From Nitrospinota bacterium (GTDB lineage: Bacteria > UBA8248), in contig JASLZZ010000109.1 in the NCBI GenBank assembly GCA_030754595.1, forward strand, positions 1 through 64,000: a DNA stretch of 64,000 nucleotides, in the 5' to 3' direction. Each line of letters opens with the position of its first letter. Within the stretch, counting starts at the first letter, position 1. This document shows positions 54,573-64,000 of the stretch, piece after piece. The notes under the pieces are model-generated. The model saw only the letters and a list, made by a program, of their open reading frames with translations, did no database searches and was not told the DNA's origin. Made by a program: the position numbers and the translations under genes.

Positions 54573-57080
54573 CTACCTCCCCCGTTGCCTCGGCGGGTGG
54601 GGCGGGGGGTCGGGCGGCGTGGGCAGCCCTTTTTCGGAAGTTTTTTCCTCCTCCTCGTCTTCTTCGTCATCGTCTTTTTTCTTGCCGAGGCGACGCAGGT
54701 CCTCGTACATCCGCTCGAGCTTGGCGGCGACGAGGCCGTGGACCGAGCCCCCGGGAAACGCGCCGGTCACGGGGTCCCTCTCGCCGGCGTCCACCCCGGT
54801 GAGGACCGAGATGCCCTCGTCCACGGTGCGGATAGGATAGATGCCGAATTTCCCCTCCCGGACGGCCTCGATCACCTCATCGCGCAGCATGAGGTTTTTC
54901 ACATTCTGATGCGGGATGAGGACGCCCTGCTCCCCGGTGAGGGCGCCCATCTCCCTGCACACCTCGAAGAAGCCCTCGATCTTCTCGTTCACCCCGCCGA
55001 TCGGCTGTATCTCGCCGCGCTGGTTGACCGAACCGGTGACGGCGAGGCCCTGTTTGATGGGAAGCTCCGAGAGGCTGCTCAGGAGGGCGTAAAGCTCGGT
55101 CGATGAGGCGCTGTCGCCGTCCACCCCGCCGTAGTTTTGCTCGAAGGTGATGCTCGCCGAAAGCGCGAGGGGCCGGGCGCGCGCGTAGGTCGCCCCGAGA
55201 TAGCCCTGGAGGATGAGCACCCCCTTGTCGTGGATGTTGCCCGAAAGCTTGCTCTCGCGCTCGATGTTGATCACCCCCCGATCGCCCATGAAGGTCTGGG
55301 CGGTGATGCGCGAGGGCTTGCCGAAGCTGAACCCGCCCAGGCTGAGTACGGCCAGCCCGTTGATCTGCCCAGCGACGGCCCCCTCGACATCGATCAAGAC
55401 GTTTCCCTCGACGATCTGATCGCGCAGCCGCTCGTCGAGCAGATCGGCCCGAAACCGCTTTTCGTCCTCGGCCCGGGTGACGTGCTTTTCCTCGACTTCT
55501 CCGGCTCCCTCCTCTCTGGCCCAGTGATCGGCTTCGAGCAGGAGCTCTCTAAGCTCGCCAAACTGGGCCGAAAACCTCGCCTGGTCGGCGACAAGACGCG
55601 CGCTCGCCTCGAGCACCCGCGCCACCGCACGCTCGCCGAAGGGGAGAAGGCCGTCCTCCAGCCGGTGAAAATCGGTGAAGGCCCTAAAATCGCGAATGCT
55701 CTCTGGGGTGCGCTTGATAACGGAGCTGAAGTCGGCCTTCACCTTGAAGAGCTTGCCGAAGTCCTCGTCGTGCCGGAGCAGGATGTAGTAGATCATCGGG
55801 CTGCCCATGAGAATCACCTTCACATTCACCGGAACGGGCTCGGGCTTGATGGTGCCCTGGCTCCAGCCGAAGGTTTCGCCCAGATCCTCGATCCGCACGC
55901 AGCGGGTCCGGATGGCCCGCTTGAGGGCGGGCCAGACGCCAGGGTTTGTCAGGATATCGAGGGCGTTGAGGATCATAAAACCGCCGCTGGCCTGAATCAT
56001 CGAGCCGGCGCGAACGAGGGTGAAGTCGGTGGTGTAGGTGCCGAAATGGGCCCGCCGCTCGATCCGCCCGAAGAGATTGTTGAAATTCGGATTCGACTCG
56101 TAGACGACCGGGGCGCACTTGAGGCCCGAGTTATCGACCACGACGCTCACTTCGTAGACGCGGAAAGGATTTTCATCCTTGGGCGGCCGCATCATCATCG
56201 CTGCGGCGGCGGCCTGAGGCTGCTCGTCGGGGTGCTGAAAGTCCGCGAGGTGGCCCAGGATGTGCTCCTCCACCATGTTGAGGTAGGAAAGCGTCTTTTC
56301 ATTTTCTCCGTACTTTTCCCTCAGCTCGTCCACCGGCCCCCTCACGGCGAGGAGGGCGATCTCCTTGTCCAGTTCCCGCATCCGGCTTCGAACCTCTCTT
56401 TCGAGAGTGCGAGTCTCCTTGACGAAATCCGAGATCGGGCCGGCCAGGGAAATCCGGTTTTCTTCGTATTTTTTGCGCTCCGCCTCGGGGAGCTTTTCGA
56501 AGCCTTCGGGGGTCGCGGGCTCACCGTCGATCAGCGGGGTGACGTTCATCCCGGACTGTGTCATCTGGATGCCGAAGCCGGCCTTCCGGGCCGTCTCCTC
56601 GAGTGCGTCGAGTGTTTCTCTTTGGCGCCCGTGGATTTCCTCGACGATTTTCTTGCGCGCCTCCTCGTGAGCCTCGTCCTCGAAGGTTTTGGGGATGACC
56701 TCCCGAAGCTCGGCCAAGAGGGCGTCCATGTCGTCGCGGAACCCGCAGGCGGCCCCGGCCGGGAAGGTGAGCCAGAGGGGCCGGTCGGAGTCGGCGAAAT
56801 TGTGAACGAAAGCGATGGAATCCGGCACGGGGTTTTCGCAGGCCAGCCGCTCGCAATAGGAACGGCACATGGTGTATTTGCCCGTGCCCGGAGGGCCTGA
56901 GACGTAGAGATTGAACTCGTTGGAGCTCATCCGGAGGCCGAAAGCCAGGGCGCGCTCTGCGCGCTCTTGGCCGATGAAGGTTTCCTCCGAGAGCTTCCCG
57001 CCATCGATGGGCAGGGCCCCCGCGGGCTCGAACACCCACCTGAGCGCCTCGGGGGGAAGCGGGCCGGGAATATCGGTCAT
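54573..57080 (-). CDS. Lon-type ATP-dependent protease (AAA plus S16 domain, LonB/LonC-like)
   Basis: IGQERA, GPPGTGK, DGDSAS, GGVNEKIEGF. Confidence 0.92.
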   Translation of the reverse strand: MTDIPGPLPPEALRWVFEPAGALPIDGGKLSEETFIGQERAERALAFGLRMSSNEFNLYVSGPPGTGKYTMCRSYCERLACENPVPDSIAFVHNFADSDRPLWLTFPAGAACGFRDDMDALLAELREVIPKTFEDEAHEEARKKIVEEIHGRQRETLDALEETARKAGFGIQMTQSGMNVTPLIDGEPATPEGFEKLPEAERKKYEENRISLAGPISDFVKETRTLEREVRSRMRELDKEIALLAVRGPVDELREKYGENEKTLSYLNMVEEHILGHLADFQHPDEQPQAAAAAMMMRPPKDENPFRVYEVSVVVDNSGLKCAPVVYESNPNFNNLFGRIERRAHFGTYTTDFTLVRAGSMIQASGGFMILNALDILTNPGVWPALKRAIRTRCVRIEDLGETFGWSQGTIKPEPVPVNVKVILMGSPMIYYILLRHDEDFGKLFKVKADFSSVIKRTPESIRDFRAFTDFHRLEDGLLPFGERAVARVLEASARLVADQARFSAQFGELRELLLEADHWAREEGAGEVEEKHVTRAEDEKRFRADLLDERLRDQIVEGNVLIDVEGAVAGQINGLAVLSLGGFSFGKPSRITAQTFMGDRGVINIERESKLSGNIHDKGVLILQGYLGATYARARPLALSASITFEQNYGGVDGDSASSTELYALLSSLSELPIKQGLAVTGSVNQRGEIQPIGGVNEKIEGFFEVCREMGALTGEQGVLIPHQNVKNLMLRDEVIEAVREGKFGIYPIRTVDEGISVLTGVDAGERDPVTGAFPGGSVHGLVAAKLERMYEDLRRLGKKKDDDEEDEEEEKTSEKGLPTPPDPPPHPPRQRGR

Positions 57081-57156
57081 CTTGGGTCCCCTATATTCAA
57101 CCGGTGCATTCAACCGGGATTCTAGCGGCGCCTTTCATGCGGCGGCGGGGCCGGCC

Positions 57157-58545
57157 TCACTTCAAGGAGCTTTCCCGATCTTCCGAGGCCGGCTTGAGCC
57201 CGTATTTTATCAGTTTCCGGTAGAGGGTGCGGCGGTCGATTCCGAGAACCCCAGAGGCGCGAATCTGGTGGCCCCCGACGCGCCGGAGGACCGACTCGAT
57301 GTACAGGCGCTCGTTCTCATCGAGACTCATGTCGGAACCGATGCGGGGGGCGGACCCGCCGCCGCCGTTGACGGTGGGCGGAATGTCGTCCACGTCGATG
57401 ACCTCGCTCTCCGAGAGCGCCACCGTCCGCTCGATCACGTTTTCGAGCTCGCGCACGTTTCCCGGCCAACGGTATTCCATGAGGCGCTCAAGCGCTTTCT
57501 TGGAGATTTTCTTCATCGGCACGCCGTTTTGGCCGCAAAATTTCTGGACGAAATGATCGGCCAGCAAAATCACGTCCTCGGAGCGCTCCCTGAGCTCGGG
57601 CAAGAGCATGGAGATCACGTTGAGCCGGTAGAAGAGATCCTCCCGGAAGGTCCCCTCCTTGACCATCTTCTCGAGGTTGCGGTTCGTCGCCGCGATGACG
57701 CGCACGTCGATAGAGATATTCTCTCTGCCCCCGATGCGGCGGATCTCGCGCTCCTGGATGGCGCGGAGCATTTTTACCTGAATCGACGTGGGCACCTCGC
57801 CCACCTCGTCGAGGAAGAGCGTGCCGCCGTCGGCCTCCTCGAACAGCCCTTTGTGGTTCGATACGGCGCCGGTGAACGAGCCCTTGGTGTGGCCGAAGAG
57901 CTCGCTCTCCACCAGGGTCTCGGGGATGGCGCTGCAGTTCACGGCGACAAAGGGCATCTCGTTCCGTTTGCTGTGAAAGTGCAGCGCCTTGGCGACAAGC
58001 TCCTTGCCGGTGCCGCTCTTTCCCTCGATGAGGATCGTGCTCTGGGTCTTGGCGATGCGCTTCACCATGTCGAAAAACTGGGTGATCGCCTTGCTCTTGC
58101 CGATGATGTTGTCGAGCCCGTAGCGGGCGTGTACCTCCTCGCGCAGGGACTTGACCTCGCGGCGCAGGTGGTGCGTCTCGAGGGATTGGCGCACGGCGAG
58201 GAGCATCTCGTCGATCTTGAAGGGTTTGGTCAGGTAGTCGAATGCGCCCGCCTGAATGGCCTCGACCGCGGCGGTCACCGAGGCGTAGGCGGTCATCATG
58301 ATCACGGCGGCGGCGCTGCCCTGCTCGCCCAGGGAGCGAAGAAGCGACATGCCGTCCATTCCGGGCATGCGCACGTCGGAGATGACGAGGTTGTAGTCCG
58401 TCTCCCCGAGGATGCGGAGCGCCTCGCCCGCGCTCGAGGCCGTTCGGACCTCGTAGCCCTCGCCGGTGAGGAGCTTGTCCAGGAGCTGTAGCATCCGCTC
58501 CTCGTCATCGACCACCAATATCCGCTCGCTCGGCATCCCGGCCAC
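57157..58545 (-). CDS. Sigma-54-dependent response regulator (NtrC/AtoC family)
   Basis: Receiver domain, [31 protein letters not shown], Fis-type HTH. Confidence 0.95.
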   Translation of the reverse strand: MAGMPSERILVVDDEERMLQLLDKLLTGEGYEVRTASSAGEALRILGETDYNLVISDVRMPGMDGMSLLRSLGEQGSAAAVIMMTAYASVTAAVEAIQAGAFDYLTKPFKIDEMLLAVRQSLETHHLRREVKSLREEVHARYGLDNIIGKSKAITQFFDMVKRIAKTQSTILIEGKSGTGKELVAKALHFHSKRNEMPFVAVNCSAIPETLVESELFGHTKGSFTGAVSNHKGLFEEADGGTLFLDEVGEVPTSIQVKMLRAIQEREIRRIGGRENISIDVRVIAATNRNLEKMVKEGTFREDLFYRLNVISMLLPELRERSEDVILLADHFVQKFCGQNGVPMKKISKKALERLMEYRWPGNVRELENVIERTVALSESEVIDVDDIPPTVNGGGGSAPRIGSDMSLDENERLYIESVLRRVGGHQIRASGVLGIDRRTLYRKLIKYGLKPASEDRESSLK

Positions 58546-58573
58546 AACCTCCCGCGGCCCGCGCCGCGCCGTA

Positions 58574-59404
58574 TCAGTACTTGGTATAGACGATTTCCAG
58601 CAATCTGTCGACCAGGGAAAGATCGCCCTCGACCCGAAGCTGGCCCTCCGCCTCGGCCTTTTCCCGCTTCAGGCGGCCATAGGGAAGAAGCAGGTGCGCC
58701 TCGCCGTCGGCCTCGATGGTGGCTTGATATTCACCCGAAATTTCCGGCGAGGCCGCCGCCTTCTCGCCATCGACCTCGAGGGTCCATTCCAGGTCCGGCC
58801 CGGCCGAGCGGAAATGGAAACGCCCCGTGAAGGGCTGCTTGTCCCGCAGGTTGAAGAGCCGCACGACGAAACCGGGCATAAAAACGATCATCCCCTCGAC
58901 GCCCTGGGGCGTCACCCGCGAGGCGGGGTCCGGGCCGCGGCGGACGTCCCAGTCGTGGACGACGAGTTCGACGAGGCGCATGCCGATCCAGGCCCTGATG
59001 TCGTTCAGCCCTCGGGGATGGTAGCCGAGCTTGTCGAGGTCGCCGTCCGTGATTCGTTCGAGTTCTATTTGGAGCTTCGCCGCGGAGGAATCGAAGATGT
59101 CCATCATCTCCCCGCGCGGAAGGGCCATCAGCTCGTCGCCCTTCACCTTCCGGATGGCCCAGAACTCCTTGGCGTCCTTCCCGTAGGGCGGCTCGGAGGG
59201 GAGACCGTCGATGGCGCGGCGAATGCTGTTGCCGTAAAAATCCCCGCCGGTGGTGACGTGGCTGATGGTGTGCGCCGCCGTCCAGCCGGGGCAAAATGTT
59301 TCCCGATTCCATTCCTCCTCGCCGAACCCTCTCCAGAGAGAGGAGAGACGCTCGGTCTCCGACTTCACGAGGGGAACGCGGGCGAGACTCTCATCGCGCC
59401 ACAC
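58574..59404 (-). CDS. Maleylpyruvate isomerase (MDMPI/DinB-type) family protein with C-terminal SCP2-like domain
   Basis: TFCPGWT..H..SH, RLVELVVHDWD. Confidence 0.82.
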   Translation of the reverse strand: MWRDESLARVPLVKSETERLSSLWRGFGEEEWNRETFCPGWTAAHTISHVTTGGDFYGNSIRRAIDGLPSEPPYGKDAKEFWAIRKVKGDELMALPRGEMMDIFDSSAAKLQIELERITDGDLDKLGYHPRGLNDIRAWIGMRLVELVVHDWDVRRGPDPASRVTPQGVEGMIVFMPGFVVRLFNLRDKQPFTGRFHFRSAGPDLEWTLEVDGEKAAASPEISGEYQATIEADGEAHLLLPYGRLKREKAEAEGQLRVEGDLSLVDRLLEIVYTKY

Positions 59405-59739
59405 ATGAAACTCCTTTTGATTACGGTGAAACCGCCTGTGGTGGAACCGCTCTGAAAGAGCCCGGATTACGGGGACCGGGGGCCGGGCCCGCCAATATTC
59501 AATACTCGGCGGGCCCGCCGATTTTCAGTGCCCGGCGGGCTCGCCGATTTTCAATGAAGTATATTCACGCCGGGACCGAGGTTGTCCACACCAAGAAGGG
59601 GCCAGGAAGCGAGGCCGATTGGATCAACCCCGGCGCATCTGATAGTTTCCCTGGTCAAGGCCGTATCCGCCGGGTTTTCATGAAGATACATGATCGCCGC
59701 CGGACCGCGGACGGACCCGATTCAGATAGAGGAACCTCG

Positions 59740-60240
59740 GTGAACGCTCGCCGCCATTGGATGATTTTGCTCGCGCTCGCCGTCTCGACGGCGGCTTTCG
59801 CGGGTTGCGGAAAATCCGCCGCCAAGAGTATGGACGAAACCTTGAGCCTCCCCTTCCGGGGGGTGCGGGCCGGGGTCCGCGGGATCGGAAAAGGTGCCGG
59901 CGCCATCGGCGAGGCCGGCGGCGGTATTTTCGGCCGCCTGCTCACCGACCGCAACCACACCGCCCTCGTGCGCGAGCACAAGGACACGCTCTCTCACCTG
60001 ACGGCGGTCGAGAAACAGATCGAGCGCCGCCAGATCGGCCCCAATCGCCTGGAGAGAAGACTCCTCCGGGACGCTCACGACCGCCTCGCCGCCATCGGCC
60101 GCCAACTCGAGGCCAAGCGAATCCCCGCGGGCGTGGGGAAGCGGATGTACACCCAACTCGATGGGGTGCGGCAGTCGCTCAACCTGTTCCGGCAGCGCCA
60201 CAACACGCCGCGCTACACCGGCTTCATCGCGGTCCGCTAG
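59740..60240 (+). CDS. Putative lipoprotein
   Basis: GTG 59740 after AGAGGA; lipobox FAGC. Confidence 0.65.
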   Translation: MNARRHWMILLALAVSTAAFAGCGKSAAKSMDETLSLPFRGVRAGVRGIGKGAGAIGEAGGGIFGRLLTDRNHTALVREHKDTLSHLTAVEKQIERRQIGPNRLERRLLRDAHDRLAAIGRQLEAKRIPAGVGKRMYTQLDGVRQSLNLFRQRHNTPRYTGFIAVR

Positions 60241-60272
60241 CCCCACCGAGCAGCGGAGGGCATCTCTCTCTC

Positions 60273-61628
60273 ATGATCCCCCTCATGGTAATGGCCGATT
60301 CCCGGGGCCAGCTCTTCGAGCACCCCGACCTCCAGATGGTCGGCGCCCTCGGCCCCGAAGCCGTCGCCCCCGACCCCGGGGAACTCTCTCCCCTGCCGGA
60401 GGGAAGCCGGTTTTTTACGATGCCGGGCCACCTGCCCGTCGGCGGGGACCCCGAGGCCGACGAGCTCGTCACCATCGATGAAGCCGATTGGGGAGATGGG
60501 CCCGAGACCCCCCAGGCGGCCTGCACTTTTCCGGCCCCTGGGTGGATGCGCACCCTCGTGCCCTTCACCGAGCGGACCGGGGGGGCCGAGACGCTACCCC
60601 TCTGGGCCTACACGGCGATGGGCCTCGACCCTGAGTCCGGCGGGTTCGTCTGCGCGGCGGTCCAGGTGGACGACTGCCAGCGCTGGGCGCCCGAGGAGTA
60701 TGACGACCGGAGCCTTCCCGGCCGACTGGCCGAAATGAAAAGCAGATTTCCCAACAACAGACTGATCGCCCACCTCGAACGGTGCGCCTCGGAGTTTCAC
60801 TGCTTCGCGGCCAAGAATTTTTTTGCCGGGCGCTGGGAGATGGGCCTGCCCATCGCGCCGCTGTGCAACGCCGATTGCCGCGGCTGCATCTCGCTTCAGA
60901 CCGACGAGCTGTTCCCGGCGAGCCACGAGCGGATCGAGTTCGTCCCCTCGCCCGATGAACTCGCCGAGATCGCCTGCGCCCACCTCGAGGGGGCGGAGAA
61001 GGCTGTGGCCAGCTTCGGGCAGGGCTGCGAGGGCGAGCCGCTCCTTCAGGCCGCCGTCATCGAGCGGGCCTGCCGCCTCATCCGCGAGAGGACCGATCGG
61101 GGCACCCTTCACCTCAACACCAACGGCAGCCGCCCGGAGTGGCTTCCCCGGCTCGCCGAAGCGGGGCTCGAGAGCGTCCGCATCAGCGCGAACAGCGTCA
61201 TCCCCGGCAGATACCATGCCTACTACCGGCCAGAAACCTACGGTTTCGGCGAGGTGGAGGACTCGGTCCGGGCGGCGGCCGGGGCCGGGCTCTACACCCA
61301 GCTCAACTATCTCGTCTTCCCCGGCGTCACCGACCGGGAGGCCGAGGTGGAGGCGCTGCTCGATTTTTGCGGCCGCACCGGGGTCCACGTTCTCCAGATG
61401 AAAAACCTGTGCATCGACCCGGAACTCTACCTCGATACGCTGGACGAGGAGGAGGGCGAAACCGGCGGAGCCGTGGGGATGACCCGGCTGCTCGACATCA
61501 TCGGCGAGGAGGCGCCGGAGGCGGCCCTTCGCTACTTCAACCGCCCGAGGGACGAATGGCACCTCAACCCGGGGGCCCCGCCTCTCGCCCCGCCGACCAC
61601 CCCGCCGCCCGCTGGAGAAAAGGAATGA
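60273..61628 (+). CDS. Radical SAM protein of unknown function
   Basis: CNADCRGC (CxxxCxxC), SFGQGCEGEP, NTNGS. Confidence 0.9.
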   Translation: MIPLMVMADSRGQLFEHPDLQMVGALGPEAVAPDPGELSPLPEGSRFFTMPGHLPVGGDPEADELVTIDEADWGDGPETPQAACTFPAPGWMRTLVPFTERTGGAETLPLWAYTAMGLDPESGGFVCAAVQVDDCQRWAPEEYDDRSLPGRLAEMKSRFPNNRLIAHLERCASEFHCFAAKNFFAGRWEMGLPIAPLCNADCRGCISLQTDELFPASHERIEFVPSPDELAEIACAHLEGAEKAVASFGQGCEGEPLLQAAVIERACRLIRERTDRGTLHLNTNGSRPEWLPRLAEAGLESVRISANSVIPGRYHAYYRPETYGFGEVEDSVRAAAGAGLYTQLNYLVFPGVTDREAEVEALLDFCGRTGVHVLQMKNLCIDPELYLDTLDEEEGETGGAVGMTRLLDIIGEEAPEAALRYFNRPRDEWHLNPGAPPLAPPTTPPPAGEKE

Positions 61629-63031
61629 GCGGCGAGATGCTTCAGATCAGGGATATTTCCGAGATGCCGCTCGTCAGCCGCGATGCGCCCGCGCCTGTGC
61701 AAGGCGCCCCCGCCGCCGCCCTCGTTTCGCTGGGCTGCGCGAAAAACACCGTGGACAGCGAGATCATGCTCGCCGCCCTCGTCCGGGCGGGCTACCGGCT
61801 CGTTGCCGACGCCCGGGAGGCCCGGGTCGTCATCGTCAACACCTGCGGCTTCATCGAGGACGCCAAGCGCGAGTCGATCGACGCGATTCTCGATCTCGCC
61901 CGTCTCAAGGAAGAGGGCCCCCTCGAATCGCTCATCGTAGCTGGCTGCCTGGCCGAGCGCTACCGGGGGGAGTTGGCCCGGGACCTCCCCGAGGCGGATC
62001 TTTTTCTCGGCACGCGGGAGTACGACCGCATCGCGGAACTCCTGGCCGAGGCGCCGGGGGGGGCGCCGCCCGCCCGCGAGGCGTTCTCGGACACCCTCAT
62101 GGACTACAGCCGGCGACTTCCGAGGGTGCTCTCCGAGCCCGGCCCGAGCGCCTATCTCAAGGTCGCCGAGGGTTGCTCGAGGCCCTGCACCTTTTGCGTC
62201 ATCCCCCGCTTCAGGGGGCGGTTCCGCTCGCGCCCGGCGGAGCATATTACAGAAGAGGCCGAGGCCCTCGCCGCCGCCGGGGTGAAGGAGATAAATCTCC
62301 TCGCCCAGGAGATCACGAGCTACGGCGCCGATCTCGGCGGGGGATTATCGCTGGCCGGCCTTCTCGAACAACTGAACGAAGTGGAAGGCCTGCGCTGGAT
62401 CCGCATTCTCTACAACTACCCGCGCGGGGTGACGGACGATCTCCTCGCCGCTATCCGCGATCTGCCCAAGGTGGTGGAATACATCGACATGCCCCTTCAA
62501 CACATCGCGACTTTTGTATTGACCGCGATGCGCCGAGGGATCGACGAGGCGGGGACCCGCGCGCTCATCGAGCGAATGCGCCGGTCGGTCCCCGGCTGCG
62601 CGCTCCGGACGACGATGCTCGTCGGGTTTCCGGGCGAGAGCGAGGAAGACTTCGACGCCTTGCTCGACTTCACCGCCGAGACGCGCTTCACCCGGCTCGG
62701 GGCGTTCGCCTTCTCGCCCGAGGAGGGCTCTATCGCGGCCCGGCTACCGGACCCCGTCCCCCGGGAGATCGCCCGCGAGCGTCTCGCCCGGCTGCTTGAG
62801 CTTCAGGAGGGGATTCAGACCGGGGCGAACGAGGCTCTGATCGGGGAGCGGGCCGAGGTTCTCGTCGAGGGCATGACCGCCGAGGGGCTCCTGAGAGGGC
62901 GCACCCGCCACCAGGCCCCCGAGGTGGACGGCGAGGTTTTCCTGCACGAAACCGAGGCCGCCCCCGGCGACATCATCGATTGTGAGATCATGGACACCGA
63001 CGGGGTGGACCTGATCGCCCGGGGGGTTTAG
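61625..63031 (+). CDS. rimO: Ribosomal protein S12 methylthiotransferase
   Basis: SLGCAKNTVDSE, NTCGFI, AYLKVAEGCSRPCTFC, APEVDG TRAM domain. Confidence 0.95.
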   Translation: MSGEMLQIRDISEMPLVSRDAPAPVQGAPAAALVSLGCAKNTVDSEIMLAALVRAGYRLVADAREARVVIVNTCGFIEDAKRESIDAILDLARLKEEGPLESLIVAGCLAERYRGELARDLPEADLFLGTREYDRIAELLAEAPGGAPPAREAFSDTLMDYSRRLPRVLSEPGPSAYLKVAEGCSRPCTFCVIPRFRGRFRSRPAEHITEEAEALAAAGVKEINLLAQEITSYGADLGGGLSLAGLLEQLNEVEGLRWIRILYNYPRGVTDDLLAAIRDLPKVVEYIDMPLQHIATFVLTAMRRGIDEAGTRALIERMRRSVPGCALRTTMLVGFPGESEEDFDALLDFTAETRFTRLGAFAFSPEEGSIAARLPDPVPREIARERLARLLELQEGIQTGANEALIGERAEVLVEGMTAEGLLRGRTRHQAPEVDGEVFLHETEAAPGDIIDCEIMDTDGVDLIARGV

Positions 63032-63127
63032 GCCAAGCCACCCTCCGCAACATTCCTCACCATTTACATTTAGTTATTAATTGCCATAAGGTATCCGAAT
63101 CAAATTATTCAACCATCCGGAGACGTC

Positions 63128-64000
63128 ATGGCGCTCAGCGTCGCCCCGATCCAGGATATTGAAGACCTGCGCGCGGCCGTCAACGACGGCTCGCGCCATG
63201 TCCAAAAAACCTATTTCACCTTTCTGCTGGTCTCCATCTACATCGCCATCATCATCGTCTCGACCACCCACGAGCAGCTACTCCGCGGAAGAGATGTGAC
63301 GCCTCCGTTTCTCAGCGTCGGAATGGCCATTGTCTGGTTTTATTTCATCTTTCCCTGTCTCTTTTTACCCCTCCATCTGAACCTGATTATTCAATACTAT
63401 CTTCTCTCCCAGAAGATACATGAGATGAACAAAATCGACCCGAACACGGACAAACCCGGCTCGGGATTGCTGTTCCATACCTCCCTTTTCACGCAATCCA
63501 TGATAGGAACCTTCCGGGACGGCACGCGGAAAGTCTTTTTCGAGCCCCTGGTCTACTACTCGTCCGCCGTTTTGCCGATCCTCTTGCTTTTCTTCGGTCT
63601 CATCAAATTTCTCCCCTACCACTCGGAACCAATTACCTGGTTGCATCGCGTTTCGATCTCCCTCGACCTCATCATGGTCTGGTTTTTCTGGGTGAAGATC
63701 ATTCAGGAAGAAGGCCAGCTTAAAATCTGGTGGGATGATTTCTGGGGAAGAATTTCTCCCGAAAAAAGCAAAATGGGCAGATCGAACCGCGCTGCGGCAG
63801 CCGTCAATTTCTTTCTCTCCCTTCTCTTGATTCTGTTTTCCGTTCTCGTGACGACCATCCCCGATGAATCTCAATCCATAGAACCGGTCAGTCAATATTT
63901 CGAGGATAACTGGTCATGGTTCACCCGCAATCTCGACCTCCACGAAAAGACCCTCGTCGAAAAAGAGCCGCCCCCGAAATCATCGCGGCGCTCATCCCAG
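63128..64000 (+). CDS. Partial multi-pass membrane protein, N-terminal region of the type preceding pentapeptide repeats; runs off the window
   Basis: ATG 63128: ...DLRAAVNDGS..TYFTFLLVSIYIAIIIVSTTHEQLLRG..FYFIFP..LHLNLIIQ; absent from the ORF track because no stop is reached. Confidence 0.7.
   Translation, partial: MALSVAPIQDIEDLRAAVNDGSRHVQKTYFTFLLVSIYIAIIIVSTTHEQLLRGRDVTPPFLSVGMAIVWFYFIFPCLFLPLHLNLIIQYYLLSQKIHEMNKIDPNTDKPGSGLLFHTSLFTQSMIGTFRDGTRKVFFEPLVYYSSAVLPILLLFFGLIKFLPYHSEPITWLHRVSISLDLIMVWFFWVKIIQEEGQLKIWWDDFWGRISPEKSKMGRSNRAAAAVNFFLSLLLILFSVLVTTIPDESQSIEPVSQYFEDNWSWFTRNLDLHEKTLVEKEPPPKSSRRSSQ

Noticed and set aside
55137..58491. Long plus-strand ORFs (587 aa, 526 aa) and similar antisense ORFs across the window
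   Set aside because: Antisense shadows of well-supported genes, expected at high GC3

Overview
GC-rich bacterial chromosomal window with a minus-strand rRNA operon (16S, tRNA-Ile, tRNA-Ala, 23S, 5S; about 21.9-27.4 kb), tRNA-Ser(CGA), a complete DDE insertion sequence with 20-bp terminal inverted repeats inserted in a diverged copy of itself, housekeeping genes (tadA, msrB, hflK, hflC, rbsK, gpmI, rimO, S41 and Lon-type proteases) and many catabolic/redox enzymes. The main hidden signal is recoding. Six genes that the ORF track splits in two have in-frame TGA codons exactly at redox-cysteine positions, each followed by a hairpin 11-18 nt downstream, and are best read as selenoproteins. They are a PrdB/GrdB-like protein (UxxC), two tandem peroxiredoxin-like paralogs (one UxxC, one with a rare double-Sec UxxU), two AhpD/CMD-like proteins (CxxU, one paired with a Cys-less paralog) and a UGSC-family protein in a MarR-led operon. 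No Sec machinery (selA/B/C/D) lies in the window, so recoding is inferred. Other signals are a ~265-nt strongly structured candidate ncRNA converging on a decayed nuclease-like gene, 7-nt-periodic direct repeats bracketing the PrdB-like gene, a consensus sigma-54 promoter before three USP genes, and several nonsense-disrupted genes. All family calls are by motif recognition; no searches or folding programs were run.
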